This document shows, piece after piece, positions 42,207 to 53,886 of a stretch of DNA of 64,000 nucleotides. This stretch comes from Alphaproteobacteria bacterium (GTDB lineage Bacteria; Pseudomonadota; Alphaproteobacteria; JBKEAR01), in assembly GCA_047973205.1 (NCBI GenBank), contig JBKEBO010000058.1:5750-69749 (forward strand). Reading direction: 5' to 3'. The first letter of the stretch is position 1; every line of letters begins with the position of its first letter. Under the pieces are notes generated by a model. The model was given only the letters and a program-made list of their open reading frames with translations, did not search any database and was not told where the DNA came from. The position numbers and the translations under genes were made by a program.

Positions 42207-43262
42207 ATGATGAAAACCAACTTATTTGACTTCAACCTCCCTGAAAGCTGCATTGCTCAATATCCTGTTGAGCCACGAGACCATGCCAAAATGCTTGTTG
42301 TGAATAATGAGCAGCTTTATGACGATTACGCCTATAATTTAGCCGATTATTTTAAAGCTGGTGATGTGGTTGTTTTTAATAATACAAAAGTTATTCCAAC
42401 GCGTTTATTTGGCTATCGCCCCTCAGGGGGTAAGGTGGAGATTATGCTTCACAAAACCATTTATGGCACTTGTTGGCAAGCCTTTGCCAAGCCAGCTCGT
42501 AAAGCTCCTGAGGGTATGGTGCTGACATTTAACGGTGATGTAAGTGCAAAAGTAACCGAAAAGCTTGAAGGTGGTGAGGTCATTATCGAATTTAACCTTC
42601 CCTTAGCCGAGATGATGCCATGGCTAGAACAATATGCCAACCTCCCTCTGCCTCCCTATATTCGTGGTGGTATAGCCGAAGCTGAAGATAGCCAACGCTA
42701 TCAGACCATTTATGCCAAAGAAAAAGGAGCAGTCGCTGCTCCAACGGCGGGGTTACACTTTACAAAAGAATTAATGCAGTCTCTTAAGGATAAAGGTGTG
42801 ATTTGTAAGGAAGTTACGCTTCATGTGGGTGCAGGAACATTTCTACCTGTTAAAGTAGATGATATAAAAAACCATAAGATGCATAGTGAATGGGGAACGG
42901 TTTCGACAGATACGGTTAATGCTATTCATAAAGCTAAAGAGCAAGGGAATCAGATATATGCCATTGGCACAACCTCTTTACGGCTTTTAGAAACAGCTTT
43001 TGATGAGGAGCAAAAACAAATTATGCCATGGGAAGGCGAAACGGATATATTCATCTATCCAGGTTATGAATTTAAAGTTATTGATAAGCTCTTAACCAAT
43101 TTTCATTTGCCAAATTCCACCCTTTTTATGTTAGTTTCGGCTATAGTAGGTTTAAAAAATATGCAAAAGGCTTATGCCCATGCTATTAAAAATGACTATA
43201 GGTTTTACTCTTATGGTGACTGTTGTTTGCTGAGTGTCAGCCCTCAAGGTAAAGAAATATAA
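42207..43262 (+). CDS. queA: S-adenosylmethionine:tRNA ribosyltransferase-isomerase
   Basis: The 351 aa product has QueA family conservation throughout (FDFNLPES…AAPTAGLHFT…). Confidence 0.9.
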   Translation: MMKTNLFDFNLPESCIAQYPVEPRDHAKMLVVNNEQLYDDYAYNLADYFKAGDVVVFNNTKVIPTRLFGYRPSGGKVEIMLHKTIYGTCWQAFAKPARKAPEGMVLTFNGDVSAKVTEKLEGGEVIIEFNLPLAEMMPWLEQYANLPLPPYIRGGIAEAEDSQRYQTIYAKEKGAVAAPTAGLHFTKELMQSLKDKGVICKEVTLHVGAGTFLPVKVDDIKNHKMHSEWGTVSTDTVNAIHKAKEQGNQIYAIGTTSLRLLETAFDEEQKQIMPWEGETDIFIYPGYEFKVIDKLLTNFHLPNSTLFMLVSAIVGLKNMQKAYAHAIKNDYRFYSYGDCCLLSVSPQGKEI

Positions 43263-43269
43263 AGGATAA

Positions 43270-44400
<1,131 letters not shown>

Positions 44401-44459
44401 TTACGATACTCTGACAAGCTTGAGGAAGTGGGAGCAAAGATGTTTCAGAATAAAGCATA

Positions 44460-44524
44460 GGAAAAGCGTCATGTTGAAAACATGCTTTCAGCATGATGCT
44501 TTTCCCTTTAGAGGGGGTTTTTTA
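44460..44524 (+). terminator. Nested hairpins followed by a T-run downstream of tgt (terminator candidate)
   Basis: A 13-bp imperfect stem ggaaaagcgtcat/atgatgcttttcc encloses an inner hairpin. It is followed by …gagggggtttttt. Confidence 0.45.
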
Positions 44525-44595
44525 AGGGGGCGGGACGCACCCTTAGCATTATATATTACGTGGCAAATCCCCATTAATACATATAAACAAAGGCT

Positions 44596-46689
44596 TTAAA
44601 TCAATGCCGAAAAGTCGGCTACATCGTTAAGGCTTTCGCTAATATGAGCCAAAAGATGCAGGCGGTTGATACGGATATTATTATCATCCACATTGACCAT
44701 CACATTATCCAAAAAGCTATCAATGGGTAAACGTAATTTAGCTACCTCGCCCATAGCTTTGGTATAGTTATGCTCGGCTAAAGCAGGTTTAATTTGCTTT
44801 TGGGCATCATTTAAAGCTTCAAACAGTGATTTTTCAGCTTTATCACTTAAAATATCAGCTTTGATAGCCCCTTTATAGCTTGTTTTATCTTTCTTTTCTT
44901 CGGCTGTAACAATATTTCCTGCACGTTTAAGGCCTGCAAGCATATTGACACCATCATCGGTTTCCAAAAAGGATTGTAAGGCTTTTGCACGCTCATTAAT
45001 GAGCCATGGAGTAAAGCTATGGGAAGCCTTATGGGCATTTGCACCTAATAAGCTGTTGCCAATATGGGCATTAAAGCCCTCATCTTTAAGGGAAACACGC
45101 ATCCGTTCAGCAAAGAATTCGAGGAGTTCATCTGGTACAGATTTGAGCTGTTCAGCAGTTAAAAGTCCTGACTTTTGCCAATTTTTTATAGCTTCTTCAA
45201 TAAACTGTGTAAGGGGTGTCATTTGTTGATGATATAAAAGTAAGCGAATAATACCTAAAGCGGCACGACGCAAAGCAAAAGGGTCACCTGAGCCTGTAGG
45301 CTTTTTGCCAATAGCCCAAAAACCCACAAGAGCATCGAATTTATCAGCCAAGGCAAGAGCCACAGAGATTGGATTTTGCGGAACATCATCATGGCTACCA
45401 GCAGGCTTATAATGTTCTTCAATGGCTAAAGCAACTTGTGCATCTTCGCCATCGTTAAGAGCATAATAATGCCCCATAACACCTTGAACTTCGGGTATCT
45501 CAAAAACCATACCTGTAACTAAATCAGCTTTAGCAAGCAAGCCTGCACGCTCAACCTTAGTCTCATCGGCTTTTAATAAAGGAGCGTATGTTTTACCTAA
45601 TTGGCTTATACGTATGCTGCGGTCATATTGTGAGCCAAGCTCAGCCTGAAATAACATGGACTTAAGCCCATCAAGGCGGCTTTGTAATGTTTGCTTGCGG
45701 TCTTGATCCCAAAAGAATTTGGCATCATAGAGGCGAGCCCTTAATACTCGCTCATTACCTGCACGGATAATCTCAGGCTCCATCGTGACCATATTCGATA
45801 TGGTAATAAAATGTGGAGAGAGCTTGCCTTTGGCATCGCTCAAGGTGAAGTATTTTTGATGGTCACGCAATGTATCTACCAAAACTTCAGGGGGAAGTTC
45901 CATAAACTCAGTATCAATATCACCAAGGATAATATGCGGCCATTCAACAAGCCCTGTAACTTCTTCTAAAAGAGCTTCATCCTTATTAAGGGTTAAATTA
46001 TTGGCTTCGCAAATATCATCTAAGGCCTTTATAATACTGGTCTTACGAGTGTTTCGATTTGTGATAACCATGGCTTCGAATAAGCCTTGCTCGTAAGATT
46101 GAACATCATGGACTTCCAAAGGCTCAGGATGCATAAAACGGTGGCCAAATGTTTGATTATTTGCTTTAACGCCGCCAAATTCAAAATCTAAAACTTGACC
46201 ATCAAAAAGGCATAAAATATTGCGAATAGGGCGTACCCATTTGGTATTATTGCCTTCTTCTAAAAATCGCATACTTTTTTGCCAAGGGAATTTAGCCAAA
46301 ATATCAACAAGTTCTTTTTGTAGAAATGTACTGACTTCTTGGCCTTTAACTTCAGTAGTTGCAAAATAATAGGTTTTGCCCTTAATTTCTCGCTGTTCAG
46401 CTTGGGTAATATCGCTTAAGTTATTGGCTTTCATAAAACCCATAAGAGCTTGTTCAGGAGCATCGATTTGAGGGCCACGCTTTTCTTCATGGCGGTCTTC
46501 TTGTTTAAGGGGAAGCCCCGAAATATGAATGGCAAGGCGGCGAGAAGCACTAAAATTTTGTACCTCATCAAAGGTAATATTGGCTTCTTTAAGCTTGGTA
46601 CAAAGCAGGCGTTCTAGGTCGTTTGATGCTTGCTTTTGCATTCTTGCAGGAATTTCTTCGGATAAAATTTCTAAAAGTAAATCAGCCAT
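44596..46689 (-). CDS. glyS: Glycyl-tRNA synthetase beta subunit
   Basis: The 697 aa product has GlyS family conservation. It lies immediately downstream of glyQ. Confidence 0.92.
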   Translation of the reverse strand: MADLLLEILSEEIPARMQKQASNDLERLLCTKLKEANITFDEVQNFSASRRLAIHISGLPLKQEDRHEEKRGPQIDAPEQALMGFMKANNLSDITQAEQREIKGKTYYFATTEVKGQEVSTFLQKELVDILAKFPWQKSMRFLEEGNNTKWVRPIRNILCLFDGQVLDFEFGGVKANNQTFGHRFMHPEPLEVHDVQSYEQGLFEAMVITNRNTRKTSIIKALDDICEANNLTLNKDEALLEEVTGLVEWPHIILGDIDTEFMELPPEVLVDTLRDHQKYFTLSDAKGKLSPHFITISNMVTMEPEIIRAGNERVLRARLYDAKFFWDQDRKQTLQSRLDGLKSMLFQAELGSQYDRSIRISQLGKTYAPLLKADETKVERAGLLAKADLVTGMVFEIPEVQGVMGHYYALNDGEDAQVALAIEEHYKPAGSHDDVPQNPISVALALADKFDALVGFWAIGKKPTGSGDPFALRRAALGIIRLLLYHQQMTPLTQFIEEAIKNWQKSGLLTAEQLKSVPDELLEFFAERMRVSLKDEGFNAHIGNSLLGANAHKASHSFTPWLINERAKALQSFLETDDGVNMLAGLKRAGNIVTAEEKKDKTSYKGAIKADILSDKAEKSLFEALNDAQKQIKPALAEHNYTKAMGEVAKLRLPIDSFLDNVMVNVDDNNIRINRLHLLAHISESLNDVADFSALI

Positions 46690-46690
46690 T

Positions 46691-47545
46691 TTATTCTTCC
46701 TCCCCTGCTATATAGGCAAGACAACAAGCCTTGGCAAGCTCCCTCACACGGCCAATATAGCCTGCACGTTCCGTGGTGGATATGGCTCCTCTTGCATCGA
46801 GTAAGTTAAAAACATGGCTCGCCTTAATGCAATAGTCATAAGCAGGTAAAGCCAATTTGGCTTCTATGGCTTTTTGGCATTCAGCCTCATAATCCTTAAA
46901 GTGAGCAAAAAGCATATCAGTTGTAGCAACTTCAAAATTATAGGTGGAGAATTCTTTTTCACTACGTAAAAATACATCGCCATAGCTTAAGCCTGCACCG
47001 TTAAAGTCGAGATCGTAAACATTCTCAACCCCTTGAATATACATAATCAGACGCTCTAAACCATAGGTGAGTTCTACCGTTACAGGATTACAATCAATAC
47101 CACCAACTTGCTGAAACCATGTAAATTGCGAAACTTCCATACCATCACACCAGACCTCCCAACCTAAGCCTGCAGCTCCTAAAGTTGGAGATTCCCAGTC
47201 ATCTTCCACAAAGCGGATATCATGTTCCATAGGTTCAATGCCAATATGGCGAAGAGAATTAAGGTAAAGCTCTTGAGCATTAATAGGACCAGGCTTTAAT
47301 ACAACCTGAAACTGATAATAATGCTGCAAACGGTTAGGGTTTTCGCCATAGCGGCCATCGGTTGGACGACGTGAGGGCTGAACATAAGCAGCCTTCCACG
47401 GTTTTTTGCCCAGTGAACGCAATGTTGTTGCAGGGTGGAATGTTCCTGCTCCCATCTCCATATCATAAGGCTGCAAAATAGCACATCCTTGTGTTGCCCA
47501 GTAGCTTTGTAAAGACATAATAAGTGACTGAAAATCCGTCTTCAT
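46691..47545 (-). CDS. glyQ: Glycyl-tRNA synthetase alpha subunit
   Basis: The 284 aa product is highly conserved GlyQ (…[34 protein letters not shown]…). Confidence 0.95.
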   Translation of the reverse strand: MKTDFQSLIMSLQSYWATQGCAILQPYDMEMGAGTFHPATTLRSLGKKPWKAAYVQPSRRPTDGRYGENPNRLQHYYQFQVVLKPGPINAQELYLNSLRHIGIEPMEHDIRFVEDDWESPTLGAAGLGWEVWCDGMEVSQFTWFQQVGGIDCNPVTVELTYGLERLIMYIQGVENVYDLDFNGAGLSYGDVFLRSEKEFSTYNFEVATTDMLFAHFKDYEAECQKAIEAKLALPAYDYCIKASHVFNLLDARGAISTTERAGYIGRVRELAKACCLAYIAGEEE

Positions 47546-47625
47546 CTTATTTGTTTTCCTTAAAGTTTATAGTTATATTTATGGCTATTCATTACGATAT
47601 ATTCGGTTGTTTTGCAATTGTTTTT

Positions 47626-50190
47626 CTAATAAACAATATTGACAATACGTCCTGGAACCACAATGATTTTCTTAATTTCTTGCCCTTCAAGTTCTTTTTG
47701 AACATTATCCAAAGCAAGGGCAGCTTTTTCGGTATCGTCCTTAGAGGCATCGGCCGCAACTTCGATTGTACCCCGCATTTTCCCACGAACCTGAACAGCT
47801 AAGGTAATGCTATCTTGCACAAGCCATGCGTCATCGGCCTTTGGCCAATTTTGATGGGCAAGCATATCATCATAACCAAGCTGCGAGTAAATTTCTTCGG
47901 TAATATGGGGAGCATAAGGATTAAGCAGCTGGCAAACAATCTTTAAAACATTTAAGCGTAAGATACTTGCATCATCACCTGCTTGCTTATATTTTTCAAG
48001 GCCATTAAATAGTTCTCGAATGCGGGCAATGGCATTATTGGTGCGAATTTGGCTTAAATCTTCGGTAACTTGGGCAATGGTTTTATGGGTGAGTTGCCAT
48101 AAACTTTTTCCCTCACCTTCGAGATTTTGTACCTCACCTTTTTGAAAATAATCAGTATTTTCAGTAGCAAAGCGGTAAATACGTCCTAAGAACTTCCATG
48201 AGCCCTCAATGCCACCTTCTGTCCAGTCAATATCACGTTCAGGCGGATTATCCGATAAAATAAATAAGCGGGCTGCATCGGCACCATAGGCTGAAAGAAC
48301 AATCTCAGGGTCAACACCATTGAGCTTGGATTTTGACATTTTTTCGGAACGTCCTGCAAAAACAGGGCTTGCATCTGAGATTTTAACAAAGCCATCACCT
48401 TGTTTTTTAACATCATCTAAAGCTACCCAATTATTATCACTATCTTTATAGGTCATGTGATTGACCATTCCTTGGGTGAGTAGGTTCTGAAAAGGCTCAT
48501 CAGGAAGGCTTGGATAGCCAATTTTTTTAAGAGCCTTGGTAAAAAATCTTGCATATAAAAGATGCAGTACAGCATGTTCAACACCACCAATATACTGGTC
48601 TACCGCCATCCAATAAGCAATGTCATCAGCATCATAAACTCCATCGCTTAAGCGAGGGGAGCAGTAACGTAAAAAATACCAGCTTGATTCCATAAATGTA
48701 TCAAAAGTATCGGTTTCTCTTTGAGCATCATGGCCACAATTTGGACATTTGGTGTGCTTCCATGTGGGATGATGTTCTAAAGGATTACCAGGCTTATCAA
48801 AGGTAACATCTTGGGGTAAGGTTACGGGGAGTTGCTCGTCAGGAACAGCGACAACACCGCAATCCTTACAATGGATGATGGGTACTGGGCAACCCCAATA
48901 ACGTTGACGGCTAATGCCCCAATCTCTTAAGCGGAAGTTGACTTGCTTTTCACCCTTATGATTATTTTCTAAATGTTTAAGAGCAGCATCAAAGGCATCT
49001 TGAAAGCCCATACCATTCATAAAGTCGGAGTTTACATGAATGCCATCTTCTGTATAGGCCTCATTGGCAACAACCATATGGGGATTATCTTTAGGAACAA
49101 CAACGGTTGTTACATTAAGGTTATATTTGCGGGCAAAGTCTAAATCTCGTTGGTCATGAGCAGGACAGCCAAAAACAGCTCCTGTACCATATTCCATCAA
49201 TACAAAGTTAGCCACCCAAATGGGTATATTTTTCGTGTTATCAAAAGGATGTATGGCTTTAAGTCCAGTATCAAAACCTCTTTTTTCGGCAGTCTCAATG
49301 GCTTCTTCAGCAGTTCCTAAGGCATCACATTCGGCAATAAAGTCCTGAAGTTCTTTATTTTGTTGAGCAAGCTTTTGGGCAAGAGGATGATGAGCTGCAA
49401 TAGCAATAAAGGAAGCTCCAAATAATGTATCGGGGCGGGTGGTATAAACGCTGATATTATTTATATCGCTTGGGTTATTTTGGGCTAAAATATCCCAATG
49501 AACTAAAGCCCCCTCGGAGCGGCCAATCCAGTTAGATTGCATGGTTTTGACGGCATCAGGCCAGTCAATTTTGTTAAGGTCAGCTAAAAGCTCATCGGCA
49601 AAATCGGTGATTTTAAATGACCAGGTAGCCATTTGCTTGCGTTCGACTTGAGCTCCTGAACGCCAACCTTTGCCATCTACCACTTGCTCATTGGCTAAAA
49701 CTGTATGTTCTACAGGGTCCCAATTGACCCATGCAAATTTACGCTCAACAATGTCTGCTTTCATAAAGTCTAAGAACATTTTTTGCTCATGCTTATAATA
49801 TTCGGGGTGGCATGTGGCGATTTCTCTATCCCAATCAATGGAAAGTCCTATGGATTTGAGCTGAGTTCTCATAGCATCAATATTTTTATAGGTCCAATCG
49901 GCTGGATGAACATTATGTTGCAAGGCAGCATTTTCGGCAGGTAGGCCAAAAGCATCCCAGCCCATAGGGTGTAAGATATTATATCCCATAGCTTTTTTAA
50001 AACGAGCAGTTACATCGCCAATAGCATAGTTACGCAAATGCCCCATATGGAGTTTACCTGATGGGTAGGGGAACATTTCTAAAACATAATATTTAGGCTT
50101 ACTCTTATCTTCGCTTACAGAAAAAACCTTTTGATCGTTCCAGATTTTTTGCCATTTTTGCTCAGTTTCAATAAAATTATAACGGGACAT
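47626..50190 (-). CDS. leuS: Leucyl-tRNA synthetase
   Basis: The 854 aa product is a class I aaRS with HMGH and KMSKS motifs and LeuS-specific CP1/editing blocks. Confidence 0.95.
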   Translation of the reverse strand: MSRYNFIETEQKWQKIWNDQKVFSVSEDKSKPKYYVLEMFPYPSGKLHMGHLRNYAIGDVTARFKKAMGYNILHPMGWDAFGLPAENAALQHNVHPADWTYKNIDAMRTQLKSIGLSIDWDREIATCHPEYYKHEQKMFLDFMKADIVERKFAWVNWDPVEHTVLANEQVVDGKGWRSGAQVERKQMATWSFKITDFADELLADLNKIDWPDAVKTMQSNWIGRSEGALVHWDILAQNNPSDINNISVYTTRPDTLFGASFIAIAAHHPLAQKLAQQNKELQDFIAECDALGTAEEAIETAEKRGFDTGLKAIHPFDNTKNIPIWVANFVLMEYGTGAVFGCPAHDQRDLDFARKYNLNVTTVVVPKDNPHMVVANEAYTEDGIHVNSDFMNGMGFQDAFDAALKHLENNHKGEKQVNFRLRDWGISRQRYWGCPVPIIHCKDCGVVAVPDEQLPVTLPQDVTFDKPGNPLEHHPTWKHTKCPNCGHDAQRETDTFDTFMESSWYFLRYCSPRLSDGVYDADDIAYWMAVDQYIGGVEHAVLHLLYARFFTKALKKIGYPSLPDEPFQNLLTQGMVNHMTYKDSDNNWVALDDVKKQGDGFVKISDASPVFAGRSEKMSKSKLNGVDPEIVLSAYGADAARLFILSDNPPERDIDWTEGGIEGSWKFLGRIYRFATENTDYFQKGEVQNLEGEGKSLWQLTHKTIAQVTEDLSQIRTNNAIARIRELFNGLEKYKQAGDDASILRLNVLKIVCQLLNPYAPHITEEIYSQLGYDDMLAHQNWPKADDAWLVQDSITLAVQVRGKMRGTIEVAADASKDDTEKAALALDNVQKELEGQEIKKIIVVPGRIVNIVY

Positions 50191-50329
50191 TTTAAAACTC
50201 TTAAATTTTCATTATTTTTGTTAGAAAACATAAGATAAACCGCTTAGGGCAAAAAGAAAAGTATTTTTTAAATTTTCTAATGGCATTAGGGCAAATAATA
50301 TTATGTTATCAGAGTTTATTGGTGTAGAA

Positions 50330-52144
50330 TTATCCCTTGGCTTGCCGCAATGCTTTTTTGCGATCATTAGCATCTAAGATAACCTTACGTAAGCGAATAT
50401 TTTGTGGCGTAACTTCAACACATTCATCATCGTTAATATAAGATATAGCTTGCTCTAAACTCATACGACGTGGCGGTGTAAGACGGATGTTTTCGTCTGT
50501 TCCCGAAGCACGAATATTAGTGAGCTGCTTACCTTTTGTTGGATTGACATCAAGGTCATTATCACGGCTGTTTTCACCAATAATCATACCGATATAAAGC
50601 TCTTCACCTGAGCCAATAAACATGGTAGCTCTTTCTTGGAGGTTAAATAGAGCATATCCAACGGATTTCCCTCCACTATTAGAAATATAAACCCCTAAGG
50701 AACGCCCTGCAATATCTCCAGCCCAAGTACGATAGCCCGAAAATAGACGAGCCATAGTACCTGTGCCACGGGTTTCGGTTAAAAATTGCCCCTGATAGCC
50801 AATAAGGCCTCGTGAGGGAATATCAAAAATAAGACGTTGTTTACCACCACTAATTGTATCCATAGATTTTAGCTGAGCCTTACGAGTTGATAGGCTTTCT
50901 ACTACTGTACCCGAATAAAGTTCATCCACATCGACTTGGAGTTCCTCCCAAGGCTCTAAAACACTATTATTAGACTTTTGAAGTAGGACCTTAGGGCGAC
51001 CAATGGTCATCTCAAAGCCTTCTCTTCGCATGGTTTCAATAAGCACACCAAGCTGAAGCTCACCACGGCCTGCAACCTCAAAAGCATTTTCATTTTCTGT
51101 TTCAGAAATTTTAATAGCTACATTGCCTTCAGCCTCACGAAAAAGCCTATCTCGTATCATACGACTGGTGAGCTTTTTACCTTCCCGACCTGCAAGAGGA
51201 GAGTCGTTAATGCCAATGGTCATGCTAATGGTTGGTGGTTCAATAGATGGGGTATCTAAAGGCTCATTCCATTCAATGGAGGCCAATGTATCGCCAACAG
51301 TAGCAGCCTTTAAGCCTGCAATGGCGATAATATCACCAGCTTTTGCCGCATCTGTAGGAGTGCGTTCTAAGCCACGAAAGGTCATGAGTTTCGATACACG
51401 GAACTTTTCTACAACCCCTTCATCTTGACGTAAAGCTTGGATCTGATCTCCCACTTTAATATGGCCTTGTTCAATACGGCCCGTAAGAGTTCGGCCTAAA
51501 AAGTCATCTAAATCAAGTAGGGTTGCAGCCATGGCAAAAGGTTTATTTTCATCAAGCTCAGGGGGGGAGACTTTATCGATGATTGTATCGAATAATGGCT
51601 TTAAATCTGTACCTTTTTCATCTTCATCATAAACGGCCCAACCTTCACGACCCGAAGCATAGATACAAGGAAAGTCTAATTGTTCTGCCGAAGCATCAAG
51701 GGCAACAAATAAGTCAAAAATCTCATCTAAGACTTCATGGGCTCGACCATCAGGGCGGTCAATTTTATTAATGACAACAATGGGTTTTAAACCTAAAGCT
51801 AAAGCTTTTTCGGTTACAAAACGTGTTTGGGGCATAGGGCCTTCAGCCGCATCCACTAGTAAAATCACACCATTAACCATCCCTAAGATACGCTCAACCT
51901 CACCACCAAAATCTGCATGGCCTGGAGTGTCAACAATGTTAATGCGTGTATCGGCATATTCTACAGAGGTACATTTGGCCAAGATGGTAATGCCTCGTTC
52001 TTTTTCTAAATCGTTACGGTCAAGAGCTCGCTCGTCAATTCGTTGATTCTCACGATATACGCCCGATTGACGGAACATACTGTCTACAAGAGTTGTTTTA
52101 CCATGATCCACATGGGCAATGATTGCAATATTTCTGGTTTGCAT
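50330..52144 (-). CDS. typA: Translational GTPase TypA/BipA
   Basis: The 604 aa product has G-domain motifs (AHVDHGKTT, DTPGH, NKID) and EF-G-like domains. Confidence 0.95.
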   Translation of the reverse strand: MQTRNIAIIAHVDHGKTTLVDSMFRQSGVYRENQRIDERALDRNDLEKERGITILAKCTSVEYADTRINIVDTPGHADFGGEVERILGMVNGVILLVDAAEGPMPQTRFVTEKALALGLKPIVVINKIDRPDGRAHEVLDEIFDLFVALDASAEQLDFPCIYASGREGWAVYDEDEKGTDLKPLFDTIIDKVSPPELDENKPFAMAATLLDLDDFLGRTLTGRIEQGHIKVGDQIQALRQDEGVVEKFRVSKLMTFRGLERTPTDAAKAGDIIAIAGLKAATVGDTLASIEWNEPLDTPSIEPPTISMTIGINDSPLAGREGKKLTSRMIRDRLFREAEGNVAIKISETENENAFEVAGRGELQLGVLIETMRREGFEMTIGRPKVLLQKSNNSVLEPWEELQVDVDELYSGTVVESLSTRKAQLKSMDTISGGKQRLIFDIPSRGLIGYQGQFLTETRGTGTMARLFSGYRTWAGDIAGRSLGVYISNSGGKSVGYALFNLQERATMFIGSGEELYIGMIIGENSRDNDLDVNPTKGKQLTNIRASGTDENIRLTPPRRMSLEQAISYINDDECVEVTPQNIRLRKVILDANDRKKALRQAKG

Positions 52145-52333
52145 AAGCTGATGAAGTCCTTGTTTTTAAAATAGCCTATAGAGATTGCAGAATCTAGGGC
52201 AATGGTCAAGCTTTTATTTTAGAGATTTCGCTCTATTTTTCCTTTGCTCTTATATTATTTTGGCTTTTTTATCCTTAATGATTATGGTAGAATATGCAAA
52301 ATATAATTTTTAAGTTGGAGGTAAAAAAATCCC

Positions 52334-53884
52334 ATGGCTGATAACATCAAAAATAACGCAAATCCTAGTAAAAGCACAGATGATAAAAAGGTCAAAGAGG
52401 CTAAGGATAAGGTAGAATCCGATGTAATAAAAAAGGATCAAAAAGATCCAAAATCATCTATAAATGATCCGAAGCCATCTATAAAAGAAGAAAAAAAACC
52501 AGTAAAGGTTGAGTCTTCGAAAGATAAAAAACAGCCTCCTCAGCCAATAAAAAATGAGCAAAAATTACCAAAAGATGAACCTAAAGTGGTGAAAGATGAG
52601 CCGAAACCACCAAAGAATGAGTTGAAGCCACAAAAAAGCGGGCAAAAAAAGTCAATCTCAGGATTTTTATGGCCTGTTGTTTGTTCAGTTGCAACTGCAG
52701 GTGGTTTAGTTGGGACGCAAAGTCTATGGATGAAAGATGTTGCTAGCATTGATAACCCTCAAGTTTCTTCTGAGACAGTTCAAATGGTAGAAACCAACAA
52801 AACAGCCATAGCTCAGCTTGCAGCTCAGTCAGGTGAAATTACCAACTTAAAATCTCAAATAGATGCTCTTACGGCAAAACTCCAAGAAAAAACGGAGGCA
52901 GCGGCGGTTGTAGTTGATACTCCTGAAACAGCCACAACGGTTGCAGAAGGTGCGGAAGATACCACCGAAGTGCCTGCAAAAGAAGTTACGGAAACTGTAG
53001 CAGAGGCAACAGAGGTTATTACTGATACGAGAGAAATAATGGATGCAAAAGTTACGGAAACTGTAGATGATGCAACAAAAATAGTTGATACAGCCACAAC
53101 AAAAACTGTAGATAATGGTGTTGATGATGCCGTTGAAACAGCAGGAATTCCTGAAGATGTATTATCAGCTGAGCCTGCAGTGGTTCAATCACAAGCAACA
53201 GCTGCTTTAGAGGCCAAAATTGCGGAGCTTTCTAAAGAAATTGCAGTCCTTAAAGAGCAACAACCACAGTTTGAAGGCTTTGAGGGAAGAGTGAGCCAAG
53301 TGGAAACACAGCTAGGGACTTTAAGCAGCTCAGTCAGTGATTTGCAATCGGGTATAAGTAGCAATAATACAGATATGGCCAAGCTTGTGGCTCTTGATAA
53401 TATTGCTCGTCAGATTGATTTAGGCCAAGATTATAGCCAGTCGCTGGATAATTTAGCAAGTGAGCTTCCTGAAGAGGCGAGTGGTGCAGTTGCGACATTA
53501 CAACAAAGTACTAAAAAATTAGCTCCTTTATATAAACTTCAGGCAAACTTTAACGATATTTCTCGTGATATTATTATTGCACAACGTAAAGAAAAAGCAG
53601 CTCAATCTGGTGATAAAAAGCAAGGGCTTCTTTCGAGCCTTAATGACCTTGTAACGGTTAGTCGCACTGATGGTGGAACAGAAGGAAGTGCAGATCGCCT
53701 TGTTTATAATATTAAACAGGCTCTACGCTCAGGTGATTTAAATGCTGTAAACCAGCTGCTTTCTTCGGCAAGTCCAGAGGTTCAAAAAGTTGTAGCCCCA
53801 TGGCAAGAACAGCTTAAAGCAAAACTTGATGCAGAGGCGGCCTTAAGTGAAATTCGTCAGCATCTTAGCGGTACAGGAGAGTAA
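52334..53884 (+). CDS. Mitofilin/Mic60-like coiled-coil inner-membrane protein (alphaproteobacterial Mic60/HemX-like homologue)
   Basis: The 516 aa product has a Lys/Pro-rich low-complexity N-terminus, a single TM (FLWPVVCSVATAGGLVG), long coiled-coil regions and a conserved C-terminal domain. It lies immediately upstream of a HemY_N-family gene, as in other alphaproteobacteria. Confidence 0.55.
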   Translation: MADNIKNNANPSKSTDDKKVKEAKDKVESDVIKKDQKDPKSSINDPKPSIKEEKKPVKVESSKDKKQPPQPIKNEQKLPKDEPKVVKDEPKPPKNELKPQKSGQKKSISGFLWPVVCSVATAGGLVGTQSLWMKDVASIDNPQVSSETVQMVETNKTAIAQLAAQSGEITNLKSQIDALTAKLQEKTEAAAVVVDTPETATTVAEGAEDTTEVPAKEVTETVAEATEVITDTREIMDAKVTETVDDATKIVDTATTKTVDNGVDDAVETAGIPEDVLSAEPAVVQSQATAALEAKIAELSKEIAVLKEQQPQFEGFEGRVSQVETQLGTLSSSVSDLQSGISSNNTDMAKLVALDNIARQIDLGQDYSQSLDNLASELPEEASGAVATLQQSTKKLAPLYKLQANFNDISRDIIIAQRKEKAAQSGDKKQGLLSSLNDLVTVSRTDGGTEGSADRLVYNIKQALRSGDLNAVNQLLSSASPEVQKVVAPWQEQLKAKLDAEAALSEIRQHLSGTGE

Positions 53885-53886
53885 TC

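Noticed and set aside
52540-53382. Short minus-strand ORFs lie inside the Mic60-like gene.
   Set aside because: They are low-complexity antisense translations of the repetitive Lys/Glu/Thr-rich coding region.
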